Below, piece by piece: positions 11,658 through 25,028 of a DNA stretch of 64,000 nt. Within the stretch, counting starts at the first letter, position 1; every line of letters begins with the position of its first letter. A model generated the notes under the pieces. It saw nothing but the letters and a program-made list of their open reading frames with translations, was not told the origin of the DNA and searched no databases. The DNA comes from Desulfatiglandales bacterium (GTDB lineage: Bacteria > Desulfobacterota > DSM-4660 > Desulfatiglandales > Desulfatiglandaceae), in the NCBI GenBank assembly GCA_963662465.1, contig OY759599.1, forward strand, positions 5,024,001-5,088,000, read 5' to 3'. The position numbers and the translations under genes are program-made.

Positions 11658-12290
11658 CTACGGCACCTTGAAAATTTCCAAAAGGCTCCCAGGTGCGCCG
11701 GGAACAGATCCCTTAAGTAGTAAAACGTCCATTTCAGGCCTGACATCAACCACTTTCAAATTTTTTGTTGTCACATGGGAAAACCCCATCCTACCCGGCA
11801 TTTTCCGACCTTTTGTGATTTTGGCTGGCGTAGCACTGCACCCAACTGACCCGGGGACCCGATGAGACCGAGATCCATGGGTTTTCATCCCACCGGAAAA
11901 CCCCCATCGCTTCATGACGCCTGCAAACCCCCGGCCCTTGCTTTTCCCCCGAACATGAACAGTATCGCCAATGGAAAAGATATCGGACTTAATCTCCTGA
12001 CCCAGCTCAAACAGGTCAACATCGTCAACTCTCACCTCGTTCAGGTAGGTAAAGCATGTTCCGCCGGACATCTTGAAGTGCCCTTTCAAAGGCTTGTTGG
12101 TTCGCCCCTCAGCTTTGGGACCATAACCGATTTGGATGGCATTGTAGCCTTCCTTTTCATGGGTCTTCTTCTGAGTCACGACACAGGGCCCTATTTTAAC
12201 GACACTCACCGCTTCGCTGCTCCCTCCTTCGAGGAAGTATCTTGTCATACCAATTTTTTTGCCAAAAAGCTTATTGACCATAAGAATCAA
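11658..12290 (-). CDS. rplC: 50S ribosomal protein L3
   Basis: GKKIGMT, SKGRGFAGVMKRW, THGSRSHRVPGS. Confidence 0.98.
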   Translation of the reverse strand: MILMVNKLFGKKIGMTRYFLEGGSSEAVSVVKIGPCVVTQKKTHEKEGYNAIQIGYGPKAEGRTNKPLKGHFKMSGGTCFTYLNEVRVDDVDLFELGQEIKSDIFSIGDTVHVRGKSKGRGFAGVMKRWGFSGGMKTHGSRSHRVPGSVGCSATPAKITKGRKMPGRMGFSHVTTKNLKVVDVRPEMDVLLLKGSVPGAPGSLLEIFKVP

Positions 12291-12381
12291 ACTCCAATAT
12301 CACCTTCCACAACTTCCACAATCCTTGCCCCTGAATCGTCCAAGGGAGAAAAAGTAGGCTACACTCAATCGTGATTAATTG

Positions 12382-12693
12382 CTACAGTTTAATCTCCACA
12401 TCCACGCCGGCCGCCAAATCAAGCTTCATGAGCGAATCAACCGTCTGCTGCGTCGGTTCCAATATATCCATTACCCGCTTATGGGTCCTTATTTCAAATT
12501 GTTCTCTCGACTTTTTGTTAACGTGAGGAGATCTAAGTACGCAAAATTTATTGATTACCGTAGGCAAAGGAATCGGTCCAGCCACCCTTGCGCCTGTCTC
12601 CCTTGCGGTCTCGACGATTTCCAAAGCGGCGCGATCCAGTAATTTATAATCATATGCTTTCAAGCGGATCCGGATTTTTTGGTTGGTTAGCAT
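12382..12693 (-). CDS. rpsJ: 30S ribosomal protein S10
   Basis: [31 protein letters not shown]. Confidence 0.99.
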   Translation of the reverse strand: MLTNQKIRIRLKAYDYKLLDRAALEIVETARETGARVAGPIPLPTVINKFCVLRSPHVNKKSREQFEIRTHKRVMDILEPTQQTVDSLMKLDLAAGVDVEIKL

Positions 12694-12704
12694 TCGCCAC
12701 TCCC

Positions 12705-13898
12705 TTATTCAATAATTTCGCTGATAACACCGGCCCCGACTGTCCTGCCGCCCTCGCGAATGGCAAAGCGCAGTTCCTTTTCCATGGCAATGGGCGTAAT
12801 CAAAACAACCTCCATGGACACATTGTCCCCCGGCATCACCATCTCCACGCCTTCCGGAAGCGTCGTCACGCCGGTCACATCCGTCGTCCTGAAATAAAAC
12901 TGAGGGCGATATCCATTAAAGAACGGCGTGTGCCTGCCGCCCTCCTCTTTCGTCAAGATATAGGCTTCCGCTTTAAACTTCGTATGGGGCTTAATGGACC
13001 CGGGTTTTGCCACCACCTGCCCACGTTCCACCTCATCACGTTTTGTACCGCGAATCAAAACACCGATATTGTCGCCCGCCAGGCCCTGATCCAGAATCTT
13101 CCGAAACATCTCAACACCGGTACAAACCGTTTTCATGGTGTCTTTGATCCCGACAATCTCGACTTCGTCGCCCACCTTTACGATGCCCCGTTCCACACGG
13201 CCCGTCACGACGGTTCCCCGGCCCGAAATGCTGAATACGTCTTCAATGGGCATCAAGAACGGTTTATCCGTGTCGCGCACCGGTTCAGGAATGTATTCAT
13301 CAATGGCATCCATCAATTCAAAGATAGGCTTAACATCCTCCGAATCCGATTCTTCCGCTTCAAGGGCCTTTAAGGCGCTCCCTTTGATGATTGGAATATC
13401 ATCACCAGGAAACTCATACTTGCTCAGCAGCTCTCGCATCTCAAGCTCAACCAGCTCAATAAGCTCTTCGTCGTCCACCATGTCGCATTTATTCAGGAAA
13501 ACCACCATGCTGGGAACACCCACCTGCCGGGCCAGCAATATATGTTCCCGTGTCTGGGGCATGGGGCCGTCGTCGGCGCCAACCACCAAAATAGCGCCGT
13601 CCATCTGGGCAGCGCCCGTAATCATATTCTTGATATAATCCGCATGGCCCGGACAATCCACATGGGCATAATGACGTTTGTCCGTCTCATACTCAACGTG
13701 GGCCGTTGCAATGGTAATTCCCCTGGCCTTTTCCTCCGGGGCTTTATCAATCTGATCAAAGGGAATAAATGTCGACATCCCTTTTTTGGCCAGGTGTTTC
13801 GTGATCGCCGCGGTCAGGGTCGTTTTGCCATGATCAATATGGCCGATGGTTCCCACGTTTAAATGCGGCTTTGTCCTCTCAAATTTCATTTTGGCCAT
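12705..13898 (-). CDS. tuf: Elongation factor Tu (str-operon copy)
   Basis: [21 protein letters not shown]; start set at MAK 13898 by SD spacing and comparison with the second copy. Confidence 0.99.
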   Translation of the reverse strand: MAKMKFERTKPHLNVGTIGHIDHGKTTLTAAITKHLAKKGMSTFIPFDQIDKAPEEKARGITIATAHVEYETDKRHYAHVDCPGHADYIKNMITGAAQMDGAILVVGADDGPMPQTREHILLARQVGVPSMVVFLNKCDMVDDEELIELVELEMRELLSKYEFPGDDIPIIKGSALKALEAEESDSEDVKPIFELMDAIDEYIPEPVRDTDKPFLMPIEDVFSISGRGTVVTGRVERGIVKVGDEVEIVGIKDTMKTVCTGVEMFRKILDQGLAGDNIGVLIRGTKRDEVERGQVVAKPGSIKPHTKFKAEAYILTKEEGGRHTPFFNGYRPQFYFRTTDVTGVTTLPEGVEMVMPGDNVSMEVVLITPIAMEKELRFAIREGGRTVGAGVISEIIE

Positions 13899-13977
13899 TT
13901 TCGTGCCCTCCTGCATGATAGTCAGTCAACATATGAACTGTAATGAATTCGCCGCCTGCCATCAATTTATTCTTTAG

Positions 13978-14448
13978 TTACCAGCGATAATGAGCGAAAG
14001 CCTTGTTTGCTTCAGCCATTCTGTGAGTATCTTCACGCTTTTTAATGGATGCTCCCCGCTCGCTTGCCGCATCCATCAGCTCGCCGGCCAGTTTTATCGC
14101 CATGGTTTTTTCACCTCTCCCTGTGGCGAAGCCGATTATCCACCGCATGCTGAGTGCCTGTCGCCTGGCCGGTCGCACTTCGGTCGGGACCTGGTATGTG
14201 GACCCTCCCACCCGTCGGGATTTCACTTCTACAGCGGGCCTCACATTTTCAAGGGCGGCTTGAAAAACGGACAACGGATCTTTTTTTGTTTTGTCTTCTA
14301 TGATGCCAAAGGCCTCATAAAGAATCGCCTGAGCCGTACTTTTCTTCCCTTTACTCATCAAGTTATTAATAAATTTAGCCGCAAGCACACTGTTATATTT
14401 GGGATCGGGTTTGATTTCCCTTTTGACCCCCACTCTCTTTCTGGACAT
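13978..14448 (-). CDS. rpsG: 30S ribosomal protein S7
   Basis: [29 protein letters not shown]. Confidence 0.99.
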   Translation of the reverse strand: MSRKRVGVKREIKPDPKYNSVLAAKFINNLMSKGKKSTAQAILYEAFGIIEDKTKKDPLSVFQAALENVRPAVEVKSRRVGGSTYQVPTEVRPARRQALSMRWIIGFATGRGEKTMAIKLAGELMDAASERGASIKKREDTHRMAEANKAFAHYRW

Positions 14449-14565
14449 AAAAAATCTCCGAAATGCAGGTAGGTTTTTCTTTTAACACCGCCAAAGCAGA
14501 TCAAGACCTGTTTACTCAGCGGGTTTATTCGGCGTTACCTCGCGTTATGTCAGCTGATCACTGCA

Positions 14566-14958
14566 TTATGAACCGCTTGCCCGAAGACCCTTTGGCTTTT
14601 TTGCGCCATATTTGGATCGCCCTTTACGACGGTCATCAACCCCTGTGGTATCCATGGTACCTCTCACCACATGATATCTGACACCGGGTAAATCCTTAAC
14701 TCGACCGCCCCTTATCAAAACCACTGAATGCTCCTGAAGGTTATGTCCCATTCCTGGAATATAGGAAGTCACCTCAAGCCCATTTGTCAACCTGACTCTG
14801 GCAACCTTTCTCAGCGCGGAATTCGGCTTTTTAGGCGTTGACGTATAAACACGAACACACACGCCCCTTTTTTGAGGAGCACCCTGCAGAGCGGGCGTCG
14901 TAGCTTTCCTTCTTGACTTACGGCGGCCCTTTCTAACAAGCTGGTTAATGGTCGGCAT
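14566..14958 (-). CDS. rpsL: 30S ribosomal protein S12
   Basis: [28 protein letters not shown]. Confidence 0.99.
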   Translation of the reverse strand: MPTINQLVRKGRRKSRRKATTPALQGAPQKRGVCVRVYTSTPKKPNSALRKVARVRLTNGLEVTSYIPGMGHNLQEHSVVLIRGGRVKDLPGVRYHVVRGTMDTTGVDDRRKGRSKYGAKKPKGLRASGS

Positions 14959-15030
14959 GAAATCTCCTTCGTTGTTGCTTAATCACAAACGCTTAAAAAA
15001 AATATATTTTCTTAAACCACAAAATTCTTT

Positions 15031-15059
15031 TTTATATTCGCTTTATTGTTCTTTGTCAA
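15031..15059 (-). promoter_or_regulatory. Putative sigma-70 promoter of the str operon
   Basis: Minus strand TTGACA-N17-TATAAA about 70 nt upstream of rpsL. Confidence 0.7.
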
Positions 15060-15086
15060 GACAATTTACAAGGCTAACCAAAAAAA

Positions 15087-18000
15087 CTATCCCGCGACAC
15101 CGATCTCAATATTCCGATAGGACTCAAGACCCGTGCCGGCTGGTATCAAGCGTCCCATGATCACGTTTTCCTTGAGACCTTTCAGCATATCCACTTTCCC
15201 GGCGATACTCGCTTCAGACAAAACCTTGGTGGTTTCCTGAAATGACGCCGCCGAAATAAAACTCTCCGTATTAAGAGAGGCTTTGGTGATCCCTAACAGA
15301 AGGGACTCAGCACTGGCAGGCTGTTTTCCCTGCGCAATCAATTTATTGTTCTCCTCCTGGAAACGCCATTTTTCAACACTCTCCGCCAAAAGAAAACCTG
15401 AGTCGCCAACATCGGTAACACTCACCTGTCTGACCATCTGGCGAACAATGACTTCAATATGCTTATCGTTAATTCTAACCCCCTGGAGGCGGTATACCTC
15501 CTGAACCTCGTTCACAAGGTATTTGGCAAGCTCTTTTAGCCCCCTGATTTTCAAAATATCGTGAGGATCGGCGGAACCATCCATGAGCGCCTCTCCCGCA
15601 CGCACATAATCACCTTCCAGAACACTGACATGCTTTCCCCTTGGCACGAAATAAGTCACGGCATCGCCCACGTCAGGCGTGACGATCATTTTTCTTTTAC
15701 CCTTGGTATTTTTACCGAAAGAAACCATCCCGTCGATTTCGGTGATAATAGCAGTCTCCTTGGGCTTCCGCACTTCAAAAAGTTCCGCAACACGGGGCAG
15801 ACCACCTGTAATATCCTTCGTTTTGGTGGTTTCCCGAGGGATCTTGGCCAACACGGCGCCCGCGCCCACCATATCCCCCTCATTGACCATAATGACCGCC
15901 CCAACAGGCAACTGATAACGCCCCTTGCCTTTTACACTTCCTGGAAGGTCCGCCGTTTTTCCAGAGCTGTCTTTGATTGAAATGCGAGGCCTCACATCCG
16001 CATCCCGTGATTCCACGATAACACGACTGATTTTTCCCGTCACCGTGTCCCGCTTCTCTTTCATGGTCCGATCTTCAATAATATCCCCGAATTTCAAAAC
16101 ACCCGACACTTCCGTTACAATGGGAATAGTAAAAGGGTCCCACTCGGCCAAAACTTGCGAGGGTTCTACGTTTTGCCCGTCCACCACTTTCAGGGAGGCG
16201 CCGTAGATAATTGGATACCGCTCAACTTCCCGACCGCCTTTCCCCAGAATGGCCATTTCACCATTGCGATTCATGGCAACAAGATCCCCGCTGACATTTG
16301 CGACGGTCTTGAGATCAATAAATTTCACTTCTCCCGGATTACGTGCCTGAACCGTCGATTGCTCGACCCGCCGGCTTGCCGTACCCCCAATATGAAAAGT
16401 TCTCATGGTTAACTGGGTCCCCGGTTCACCAATGGACTGTGCGGCGATGACACCCACCGCCTCCCCCAAATTCACTTCATGTCCATGCGCCAAATCACGG
16501 CCATAGCATTTTTTACAAACCCCCCTGCGAGCCTCACAGGTCAGAACAGAGCGGATCCTGACTTTTTCAATGCCGGCCCTTTCAACCAGTTCAACCTCTT
16601 CTTCATTGATGGCCTGGTTAGCGCGAACCAACACCTCCCCCGTCACGGGATCCTGGATATCATCACTGGCAACACGTCCGAGAATTCTCTCTCCTACCCG
16701 TTGAAGGATTTCGCCCCCTTCCAGCAGAGATTCCACCCAGATGCCATCAATAGTGCCGCAATCAGTCTCAGTAATGATGGCCTCCTGAGAAACATCAACA
16801 AGACGGCGAGTCAAATATCCTGAATTAGCGGTTTTCAAAGCGGTATCCGCAAGGCCTTTTCTAGCCCCATGGGTAGAAATAAAATATTGCAGTACAGTCA
16901 ATCCTTCCCGGAAATTCGACGTAATGGGTGTTTCAATAATCTCACCCGATGGCTTCGCCATCAGACCTCTCATCCCGGCTAACTGCCGCATCTGGTCCTT
17001 TGAGCCCCTGGCGCCGGAATCAGACATCATATAAACAGCATTAAAACTGCTGACGTCGGTTGGACCGGACAAAGGGCTGTCAATCCGTTCGACGGCCATC
17101 TCCTTCATCATTTCAGTGGCCACATTTTCCGTGGATTGCGCCCAGATATCAACGACCTTGTTGTATTTTTCACCTGAAGTAATTAGACCGTCCACATACT
17201 GATCTTCAATCTTTTTGACTTCACTTTCGGCCTCGCTGATAATCGTTCCCTTATTCGCTGGAATCACCATGTCCTTCATAGCAATGGAAATACCGGAAAG
17301 GGTCGCATATTTATAGCCAAGATCCTTGAGGCGATCCGCCAGAATAACCGTGGCCTTAATCCCCGCTTTTCGGTGAGACTCGTTAATGAGATGCCTAAGG
17401 GCTTTCTTAGTCATGATTTTGTTGACAAGATCAAAAGACAAGGATTTGTCGGGAATAATCTCATAAAGGATGACCCGACCCGTCGTGGTTTCCCATATTT
17501 TTCCTTCCATCCTGACTTTAATGGTCGCATGCAGATCAAGTTCGCCAGCATCATAAGCAACACGAAGCTCCTGAGGGCTTGAAAAGGTTTTGCCTTCCCC
17601 TTTCGTATGTTTTTCCCGGGTTGAAGGCCTTTCCCGGGTCATATAATAGATACCCAAAACAATATCCTGGCTCGGAACAATAATGGGATCGCCATTGGCG
17701 GGGGACAGGATATTGTTGGTGGACATCATCAACACCCTGGCCTCAATCTGGGCTTCAATGGATAGCGGAATGTGAACAGCCATCTGATCACCGTCAAAAT
17801 CAGCGTTAAAAGCCGTACAAACCAGAGGGTGCAGCTGAATCGCCTTTCCCTCAATCAAAGTCGGCTCAAAAGCCTGCATCCCCAGGCGATGCAGTGTCGG
17901 GGCCCGATTCAACATAATACAGTATTCTCTTACCACTTCGTCCAGTGAGTCCCAAACCTCCGGCGTTTCTCGTTCTACCATCTTCTTAGCGCTTTTGATG

Positions 18001-19178
18001 GTGGTCACATGCCCTTTTTCATCCAGCTTGTTGTAGATGAAAGGTTTGAAAAGTTCCAACGCCATTTTTTTGGGAAGACCGCATTGGTGGAGACGCAAAT
18101 CAGGACCTACAACGATTACCGACCGGCCTGAATAATCCACGCGCTTACCCAGGAGATTCTGTCTGAATCGGCCCTGTTTCCCTTTCAGCATATCACTTAA
18201 AGATTTGAAAGGGCGCTTGTTGGCGCCCGTAACGACTTTGCCCCTTCGACCGTTATCGAATAGGACATCTACGGCCTCTTGAAGCATCCGCTTTTCATTT
18301 CGAACAATGATATCGGGCGCATTAAGTTCCAGAAGCCTTTTCAGGCGATTATTCCGATTAATAACGCGACGATACAGGTCATTTAAATCTGAAGTGGCAA
18401 ACCGCCCACCGTCCAGGGGCACCAGAGGCCTCAAATCAGGCGGCAGAACAGGAACAACATTCAGGATGGTCATTTCAGGGCTGTTCTTTGAATCCCTGAA
18501 AGCATTAATGACTTTCAGGCGTTTGGTAAGCTTCTTTCTTTTTGCCTCTGATTTGGTCGTGGCCATCTCTTCTCTGAGGCTTACGGACAACTCCTCAACA
18601 TTCAAATCCTTCAGCATGGTCTGAATGGCTTCGGCGCCGATCCCGGCCACAAATCGATGGCCAAAATCCTCCCGCGCTTGCTGCAGCTGTTCATCGGACA
18701 GCACTTCACCCTTTGTCAATGGCGTATCTTTCGGATCAACAACAATATGCCCTTCAAAATAGAGAACCCGTTCAAGCTCCTTCAGGGTCATATCCAGTAG
18801 ATTACCGACTTTTGAGGGGAGTGCCTTTAAAAACCAGATATGGGCCACGGGCGCAGCTAAGGTAATATGCCCCATCCTTTCCCTGCGGACTTTGCTTTGA
18901 ATCACCTCGACACCGCACTTCTCACAAACAATGCCCCGGTGCTTCATCCTTTTGTATTTTCCGCAATTACATTCAAAATCCTTTATGGGCCCAAAAATTT
19001 TGGAACAGAAAAGCCCATCCCGTTCCGGCTTAAAAGTTCTGTAATTAATAGTCTCCGGCTTTTTCACCTCACCAAATGACCATTCTAGTATTTTCTCTTT
19101 GGATGCCAGAGAAATTCTGACGGAATTAAAACTGGATGGATCTTTCGGCTTTGTAAAAAAGTTATATAATTCTTCCAA
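15087..19178 (-). CDS. rpoC: RNA polymerase beta-prime subunit
   Basis: [12 protein letters not shown] active-site motif, N-terminal Zn finger, QLTMRTFH. Confidence 0.99.
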   Translation of the reverse strand: MEELYNFFTKPKDPSSFNSVRISLASKEKILEWSFGEVKKPETINYRTFKPERDGLFCSKIFGPIKDFECNCGKYKRMKHRGIVCEKCGVEVIQSKVRRERMGHITLAAPVAHIWFLKALPSKVGNLLDMTLKELERVLYFEGHIVVDPKDTPLTKGEVLSDEQLQQAREDFGHRFVAGIGAEAIQTMLKDLNVEELSVSLREEMATTKSEAKRKKLTKRLKVINAFRDSKNSPEMTILNVVPVLPPDLRPLVPLDGGRFATSDLNDLYRRVINRNNRLKRLLELNAPDIIVRNEKRMLQEAVDVLFDNGRRGKVVTGANKRPFKSLSDMLKGKQGRFRQNLLGKRVDYSGRSVIVVGPDLRLHQCGLPKKMALELFKPFIYNKLDEKGHVTTIKSAKKMVERETPEVWDSLDEVVREYCIMLNRAPTLHRLGMQAFEPTLIEGKAIQLHPLVCTAFNADFDGDQMAVHIPLSIEAQIEARVLMMSTNNILSPANGDPIIVPSQDIVLGIYYMTRERPSTREKHTKGEGKTFSSPQELRVAYDAGELDLHATIKVRMEGKIWETTTGRVILYEIIPDKSLSFDLVNKIMTKKALRHLINESHRKAGIKATVILADRLKDLGYKYATLSGISIAMKDMVIPANKGTIISEAESEVKKIEDQYVDGLITSGEKYNKVVDIWAQSTENVATEMMKEMAVERIDSPLSGPTDVSSFNAVYMMSDSGARGSKDQMRQLAGMRGLMAKPSGEIIETPITSNFREGLTVLQYFISTHGARKGLADTALKTANSGYLTRRLVDVSQEAIITETDCGTIDGIWVESLLEGGEILQRVGERILGRVASDDIQDPVTGEVLVRANQAINEEEVELVERAGIEKVRIRSVLTCEARRGVCKKCYGRDLAHGHEVNLGEAVGVIAAQSIGEPGTQLTMRTFHIGGTASRRVEQSTVQARNPGEVKFIDLKTVANVSGDLVAMNRNGEMAILGKGGREVERYPIIYGASLKVVDGQNVEPSQVLAEWDPFTIPIVTEVSGVLKFGDIIEDRTMKEKRDTVTGKISRVIVESRDADVRPRISIKDSSGKTADLPGSVKGKGRYQLPVGAVIMVNEGDMVGAGAVLAKIPRETTKTKDITGGLPRVAELFEVRKPKETAIITEIDGMVSFGKNTKGKRKMIVTPDVGDAVTYFVPRGKHVSVLEGDYVRAGEALMDGSADPHDILKIRGLKELAKYLVNEVQEVYRLQGVRINDKHIEVIVRQMVRQVSVTDVGDSGFLLAESVEKWRFQEENNKLIAQGKQPASAESLLLGITKASLNTESFISAASFQETTKVLSEASIAGKVDMLKGLKENVIMGRLIPAGTGLESYRNIEIGVAG

Positions 19179-19217
19179 TGCCTACTCCCCTTTCTCCATT
19201 TTGCGCAACCATTCTAA

Positions 19218-22200
19218 TCAACTATCCTCAAAAAGTTCCATTTCAAGGCCGAGGCTTTGCAGTTCCTTCATCAGGACCTTAAAGGACTCGGGCAGTCCGG
19301 GTTCAAGCGCATTATTTCCCTTGACAATCCTTTCATACATGCGTGTTCGACCCGCCACATCGTCTGACTTTACCGTAAGGAATTCCTGCAACGTATAAGC
19401 CGCCCCATAGGCCTCCATGGCCCACACTTCCATTTCACCCAGGCGTTGTCCACCGAATTGCGCCTTTCCACCCAAAGGTTGTTGCGTAACCAGTGAATAG
19501 GGTCCGATGGAACGTGCATGCAATTTATCATCCACCAAATGATGCAACTTCAAGATATACATAATGCCAACGGTGACATCCTGTTCAAAAGCCTCGCCGG
19601 TACGCCCGTCATAGAGGGTGGCTTGACCGGTTTCCGACAGTCCCGCCTCCGTCAAAAACGCCTTGATCTCATCTTCGGAGGCCCCATCAAATACAGGGGT
19701 TGCCAACGGCACGCCATCCAGCATTAAGGAGGATTCCTTTAACAGTTCCTTATCCGATAAATTCGCAAAAAAAGACTGATATTCATTTTTAGAGAACCAC
19801 CCTTTGAATTTTTCCCTGAGAAGGTTGGCACTGTCAATCTTGCCAAACAGTTCCCTCACTTTCATGCCCAGCCCATAAGAAGCCCATCCCAAATGCGTCT
19901 CAAGGACCTGACCCACATTCATTCGCGACGGCACGCCCAAGGGATTCAATACAATGTCCACCTGAGTGCCATCCGCAAAATACGGCATATCTTCAATGGG
20001 CAGGATTCGGGAGAGAACGCCTTTATTGCCATGACGCCCCGCCATCTTGTCCCCTACGGACAGTTTCCGTTTAACCGCCACATACACTTTGACCATTTTA
20101 ACCACCCCGGGAGCCAATTCATCCCCCAGGTCAAAGTTTTCTATTTTGTTTTCGCAAAGCTTCGTCAAACGTTCAATTTTGGAGGTACACTTTTCAACAA
20201 TTGCCTCGACTCTTTCAATTTCGTCCATGGAGACCTTCACATCCGCCCACGCCAGCGCCTCGATGGGAATAGACTCAATATCCCCTCGCGTCATACTCTC
20301 GGTTGTCTTCAGCAAAACCTCCCCGCTCTTTTTCTCGCAAAGATCCGACTTGAGCGCCTTTCCCTCAAGTATTCCGAATAACTTTTCCTTGGCGCTCCGT
20401 TCCACAACCTCGATTTCATCCCTAAGATCTTTTCTCATCCGCCGCATTTCCTCGGCTTCGATGGCAAGTGTTCGCGCATCCTTTTCTACACCGCCCCGAG
20501 AAAACACCTTGGCATCAATCACGGTCCCCCGCACGCCGGGCGGAACCCGCATGGAGCTATCTTTAACATCCCCGGCTTTATCGCCAAATATGGCCCTCAA
20601 GAGTTTCTCTTCAGGGGAAAGCTGCGTTTCACCTTTCGGCGTAATTTTACCAACCAGAATGTCGCCGGGGTTAATTTCAGCGCCGATCTTCACAATCCCG
20701 CTCTCATCAAGATTTCTCAATGCATCCTCGCCCACATTGGGAATATCCCGGGTGATCTCTTCCTTCCCCAATTTGGTATCGCGAGACAAGATTTCAAATT
20801 CATCGATATGAATCGACGTGTAAACGTCTTCCTTAACAACCCGTTCGCTGATCAAGATAGAGTCTTCGAAATTATACCCTCCCCAGGACATAAATGCGAC
20901 CATCACATTTCGACCCAGAGCAAGCTCCCCTTGTTCCATGGCAGGCCCATCCGCAATAATCTGCCCTTTTTTGACGAATTCTCCTTTTCGCACAATAGGC
21001 TTCTGGGTGTAACAACTGTTCTGATTGGAACGTCTAAACTTTGTTAGTTTGCAGATTTCCACCTCAGGTTCATCGTTTTCAACAGTGTCGGTAAACCGAA
21101 CAACAATTCGAGTCGCATCCACATGTTCAATGACGCCGTCTCTTTTGGCAATGACTGAAATGCCGGAATCTCTCGCCACGAGCTTTTCAACACCGGTTCC
21201 CACCAAAGGGGCCTTGGCTTTCAAAAGGGGAACTGCCTGGCGTTGCATATTGGAACCCATCAGTGCTCTGTTGGCATCATCATGTTCCAAAAAAGGAATC
21301 AGAGAGGCCGAAATGCTCACCAATTGATCAGGCGACACATCCATGTACCTGATCTTCTCCACAGGCACCTTGAAAGCCTCTCCCTCAATTCGAGCGGCCG
21401 CTTCATCGCGAATAAAACGCCCATCATCGTCCAACGGCGCATTCGCCTGAGCGATAGGATAATCCTTTTCATCAAGCGCTGATAAATATTCAAAACTTTC
21501 GGTAGCCCTGTTATCCGATACGCGTCTGTAGGGCGTCTCAATAAACCCGAATTCATTCACCTGCGCATAAGTACTCAAGGAAACAATCAACCCGATATTC
21601 GGGCCTTCAGGAGTCTCAATCGGGCAAATCCTGCCGTAATGCGTCGGGTGTACATCGCGAACCTCAAATCCAGCCCTTTCCCGTGTCAGTCCACCGGGTC
21701 CCAAGGCGCTGAGCCTACGCTTGTGGGTCACTTCCGACAAGGGGTTCGTCTGATCCATGAATTGAGACAACTGGCTCGTGCCAAAAAACTCTTTCACCAC
21801 CGCCGAAACGGGTTTGGAATTGATGAGATCATGCGGCATCAGGGTCTCAACCTCTTGAAGGCTCATTCTCTCCTTAATAGCCCTTTCCATTCTCACCAGA
21901 CCCACACGATATTGATTCTCAAGGAGTTCGCCCACGGCACGCACGCGCCGGTTTCCGAGATTATCGATATCATCAACAACCGCCTCCGAACTTTTTAGCC
22001 TGATAAGTTCCTCAACGGTGGCAAAGATATCTTCCTTTCTCAGTGTTCGCTGCTCCAGGGGGATATCTTCCATATTCAAGCGATAATTAAGTTTAAGCCT
22101 TCCCACACGCGATAGGTCATAGGTATCCAAATTGAAAAACAGATTTTGGAAAAAGGTTTCAGCCACCTCTGACGTCGGGGGACTGCTGGGCCTCATTTTT

Positions 22201-23522
22201 CGATAAATATCAAGAATAGCCTCATCCGGCGTGTTAATTCTGTCCGCCAGCAATGTTTCGCGAATACTGCGACTAATGCCGTGCCCATCCAGAAGAAGGC
22301 ATTCAATATTCGTAACACCTTTTTCCCGAATTAAATCGATTCTTTCCAGAGTAATCGGACTGTTGCCTTCAAGAAGAACTTCACCCGTTTCAGGATCCAC
22401 GAGATCATCGCAAATGACACGGTCGACAATATCTTCAAGCTCAACCGGAATTCGCAGCCTCTTCCGGTCAAGACATTTGACCCGGGAAATCCCTTTTTCA
22501 ACCAGGAGAGCATACCCATCTTTCGAGAGGACAGCTCCTGCCGGAATCAGGATATCTCCGGTTTCGGGGTCCGAGATATCTTCCATCACCAACAATTCAG
22601 AACCCTTTGTAATATCAAAAGGTATCCGTTTTACCATGGGCATTCTGGGTTTTGCCGTTTCATTCGTCCCCAATGCTCTAAGCAAACGTTTTGTAAATTT
22701 AATGCCTTTCTTGGCAAGGACTTCTTCGTTTTCACCAACGATATTCTTCGTAACCCGATCCTGAGCCAAAGTTTCGGGCCTTGCTTCCCGCCAGCCCCCT
22801 GTCTCCCCAATTTCAACCATTTCGGTATCGTAAAAATAATAAAGGAGATCTTTCGCCGTATAACCCAGTGCCTTCAAAAGGATGGTTACCGGAAATTTTC
22901 TTCGCCGATCAATTCGAACATATAAAAAATCCTTGGGATCAAACTCAAAATCCAGCCAGGAGCCCCTGAGTGGAATAATTCTAGCCGAATAAAGCAACTT
23001 TCCACTCGCATGAGTTTTACCCTTGTCATGATCGAAAAAAGCGCCGGGCGAACGATGCAACTGACTCACCACGGCGCGCTCGGTTCCATTAATAATGAAT
23101 GTGCCCCGGTCTGTCATGATGGGGAGAGTGCCAAAATAAATCTCTTGCTCTTTGATGTCCCGAATGCTTTTTGTTTCACTCACGGTATCTGTGTCAAAAA
23201 CGACCAACCGAACCGTAAGTCTGAGGGATGCCTCATAAGTCATCCCTTTGCTAAGGCAGTCTTCTTCACTGTACTTGGCCCCTTCAAAGGCATATTTGAC
23301 GAACTCCAGCGAGGACGTCCCCGCAAAATCATGGATCGGAAAAACACCCATATACGCAGCCTGAAGTCCTACGTCTTCACGATCCTGAAAGGGGATATCC
23401 TTCTGTAAATACCGCTCATAGGACCGCTTTTGCATTGCAATCAGATTGGGGGTTTCTATGATTTTACTGATCTTCCCGAAACTTTTTCTAGCCCGTCTTC
23501 TGACACCATCTATCTTAAACAT
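19218..23522 (-). CDS. rpoB: RNA polymerase beta subunit
   Basis: [45 protein letters not shown]. Confidence 0.99.
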   Translation of the reverse strand: MFKIDGVRRRARKSFGKISKIIETPNLIAMQKRSYERYLQKDIPFQDREDVGLQAAYMGVFPIHDFAGTSSLEFVKYAFEGAKYSEEDCLSKGMTYEASLRLTVRLVVFDTDTVSETKSIRDIKEQEIYFGTLPIMTDRGTFIINGTERAVVSQLHRSPGAFFDHDKGKTHASGKLLYSARIIPLRGSWLDFEFDPKDFLYVRIDRRRKFPVTILLKALGYTAKDLLYYFYDTEMVEIGETGGWREARPETLAQDRVTKNIVGENEEVLAKKGIKFTKRLLRALGTNETAKPRMPMVKRIPFDITKGSELLVMEDISDPETGDILIPAGAVLSKDGYALLVEKGISRVKCLDRKRLRIPVELEDIVDRVICDDLVDPETGEVLLEGNSPITLERIDLIREKGVTNIECLLLDGHGISRSIRETLLADRINTPDEAILDIYRKMRPSSPPTSEVAETFFQNLFFNLDTYDLSRVGRLKLNYRLNMEDIPLEQRTLRKEDIFATVEELIRLKSSEAVVDDIDNLGNRRVRAVGELLENQYRVGLVRMERAIKERMSLQEVETLMPHDLINSKPVSAVVKEFFGTSQLSQFMDQTNPLSEVTHKRRLSALGPGGLTRERAGFEVRDVHPTHYGRICPIETPEGPNIGLIVSLSTYAQVNEFGFIETPYRRVSDNRATESFEYLSALDEKDYPIAQANAPLDDDGRFIRDEAAARIEGEAFKVPVEKIRYMDVSPDQLVSISASLIPFLEHDDANRALMGSNMQRQAVPLLKAKAPLVGTGVEKLVARDSGISVIAKRDGVIEHVDATRIVVRFTDTVENDEPEVEICKLTKFRRSNQNSCYTQKPIVRKGEFVKKGQIIADGPAMEQGELALGRNVMVAFMSWGGYNFEDSILISERVVKEDVYTSIHIDEFEILSRDTKLGKEEITRDIPNVGEDALRNLDESGIVKIGAEINPGDILVGKITPKGETQLSPEEKLLRAIFGDKAGDVKDSSMRVPPGVRGTVIDAKVFSRGGVEKDARTLAIEAEEMRRMRKDLRDEIEVVERSAKEKLFGILEGKALKSDLCEKKSGEVLLKTTESMTRGDIESIPIEALAWADVKVSMDEIERVEAIVEKCTSKIERLTKLCENKIENFDLGDELAPGVVKMVKVYVAVKRKLSVGDKMAGRHGNKGVLSRILPIEDMPYFADGTQVDIVLNPLGVPSRMNVGQVLETHLGWASYGLGMKVRELFGKIDSANLLREKFKGWFSKNEYQSFFANLSDKELLKESSLMLDGVPLATPVFDGASEDEIKAFLTEAGLSETGQATLYDGRTGEAFEQDVTVGIMYILKLHHLVDDKLHARSIGPYSLVTQQPLGGKAQFGGQRLGEMEVWAMEAYGAAYTLQEFLTVKSDDVAGRTRMYERIVKGNNALEPGLPESFKVLMKELQSLGLEMELFEDS

Positions 23523-23648
23523 GGTATCTCCTTATAATCATCCGTTGGTCCCGCGCATTTTAAAAATTCCCATGTTTAAAACAACAAGCGCTAATGGGAA
23601 TATTGTTTTTCAGAACATTTGGCGCCTCTCCCCAGAACCTAGGCCCCG

Positions 23649-24032
23649 CTATTTAATCTCAACTGCCGCGCCGACTTCTTCCAACTGAGTTTTGATCCCT
23701 TCAGCCTCATCTCTCGGAACGCCCTCTTTAACAGGACCCGGCGCGCCATCCACAAGGCCTTTTGCCTCTTTGAGACCCAAACCGGTAATGGAACGCACAA
23801 CTTTAATGACCTGAATCTTTTTATCGCCGATAGCCGTCAAAATAACATCGAACTCCGTCTGTTCGACCTCTTCTTCCACCTGCGCGCCGGGCGCCGCAGC
23901 TGCCATCGCCATCGGCGCGGCAGCGCTGACGCCGAATTTTTCTTCAAGCTCTTTCACAAACTCCGAAAGATCCAAAACCGTCATGTTGGAAATAAATTCT
24001 ACAACATCTTCCTTGCTGATATCAGTAGCCAT
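23649..24032 (-). CDS. rplL: 50S ribosomal protein L7/L12
   Basis: [27 protein letters not shown]. Confidence 0.98.
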   Translation of the reverse strand: MATDISKEDVVEFISNMTVLDLSEFVKELEEKFGVSAAAPMAMAAAAPGAQVEEEVEQTEFDVILTAIGDKKIQVIKVVRSITGLGLKEAKGLVDGAPGPVKEGVPRDEAEGIKTQLEEVGAAVEIK

Positions 24033-24061
24033 ATTATTACAACCTCCACCTTACTCAAAAA

Positions 24062-24586
24062 TTATTGCGATTCGCTTTTCTTTTCTTCAATGGCCTTTAA
24101 AACATTCATGAATTTGCCAATGATCCCATTCAACACACAGACGAAAGATGTGGGTACCGCCTGCATCACAGACAATGCCTGACCCAGCAACGCATCTCTT
24201 CCAGGCAAAGCCGCCAGTTGTTTTACGCCCGCGGCATCGACTTGTTTACCGGATATCTGACCGCCTTTTATTTCAAGCTGCTTAAATTCTTTAGCAAAAT
24301 CCACCAATGCTTTTGCAGGACCAATCACATCGTCATAGGTTAAAGCAATCGCAGTAGGCCCCTGCATAAGATCTAAAATAAGCTCAGTATCAGTATCTTT
24401 ACTCGCCAGTTTTAAAAGTCTGTTCTTTACAACCTCAACCTCGGCATTCGCCTGCCTGAGATCCCGTCTTAATCGGTTCATGGATTCAACGCCAAGTCCC
24501 TGATAATCCACCAGGTAAGCACCTTGAGCCCTTCCAAGACGTTCATGAAGGTTGTCGACCAATTCTTTTTTTCCCTGTTTATTCAT
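24062..24586 (-). CDS. rplJ: 50S ribosomal protein L10
   Basis: DYQGL, VVKNRL, GPTAIA; start moved to ATG 24586 after GAGGAGGTG. Confidence 0.96.
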   Translation of the reverse strand: MNKQGKKELVDNLHERLGRAQGAYLVDYQGLGVESMNRLRRDLRQANAEVEVVKNRLLKLASKDTDTELILDLMQGPTAIALTYDDVIGPAKALVDFAKEFKQLEIKGGQISGKQVDAAGVKQLAALPGRDALLGQALSVMQAVPTSFVCVLNGIIGKFMNVLKAIEEKKSESQ

Positions 24587-24659
24587 ATTCACCTCCTCTC
24601 TTGTATGGACAATAATATTGTCAAAGACAAAAGGTGTACACCGCAACACTGCTTTCATC

Positions 24660-24742
24660 TAGTCTCGGCAGGCTTAATTTTAAGCCGCAACGCCTTCAGA
24701 ACGTACTGTCCTTAAACGTAACGGCGCCTACTGTCTTTGACC
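24660..24742 (-). promoter_or_regulatory. L10-leader-like autoregulatory RNA element
   Basis: Minus strand GTCAAAGACAGTAGG ... CCTGCCGAGAC upstream of rplJ resembles the L10(L12)-binding leader core; recognised by eye. Confidence 0.7.
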
Positions 24743-25028
24743 TTCAGCCGCTCTATAAAAAAGAAGAGCGTTACACTCTATTTTCATTACGCCAAAACAA
24801 TTTGGGATAATGTTTAAAACACAAAAGTGGACGATCTTCTTCATGACAAAGACCATCCACTGTATTACTCTAAAAAATGGAATATATTTTTTTTGAAACC
24901 TAAACTCGCACAGAGAGGATGCCAACCCCGCTAAACCGCTGTAAGGAACTAACGACGCACATCCGAACGGTCGGATCATTGAATTCAGGAGAATGCGAAA
25001 TGATAATGGACAGGTAATATAACGATGT

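Noticed and set aside
12588..13862. Long plus-strand ORFs opposite tuf (also 27805-28737)
   Set aside because: Antisense shadows of a conserved, codon-biased gene; they recur opposite both copies and show no motifs.
24728..24979. 83-aa ORF between rplA and rplJ
   Set aside because: No motifs and it overlaps the L10-leader/promoter region.
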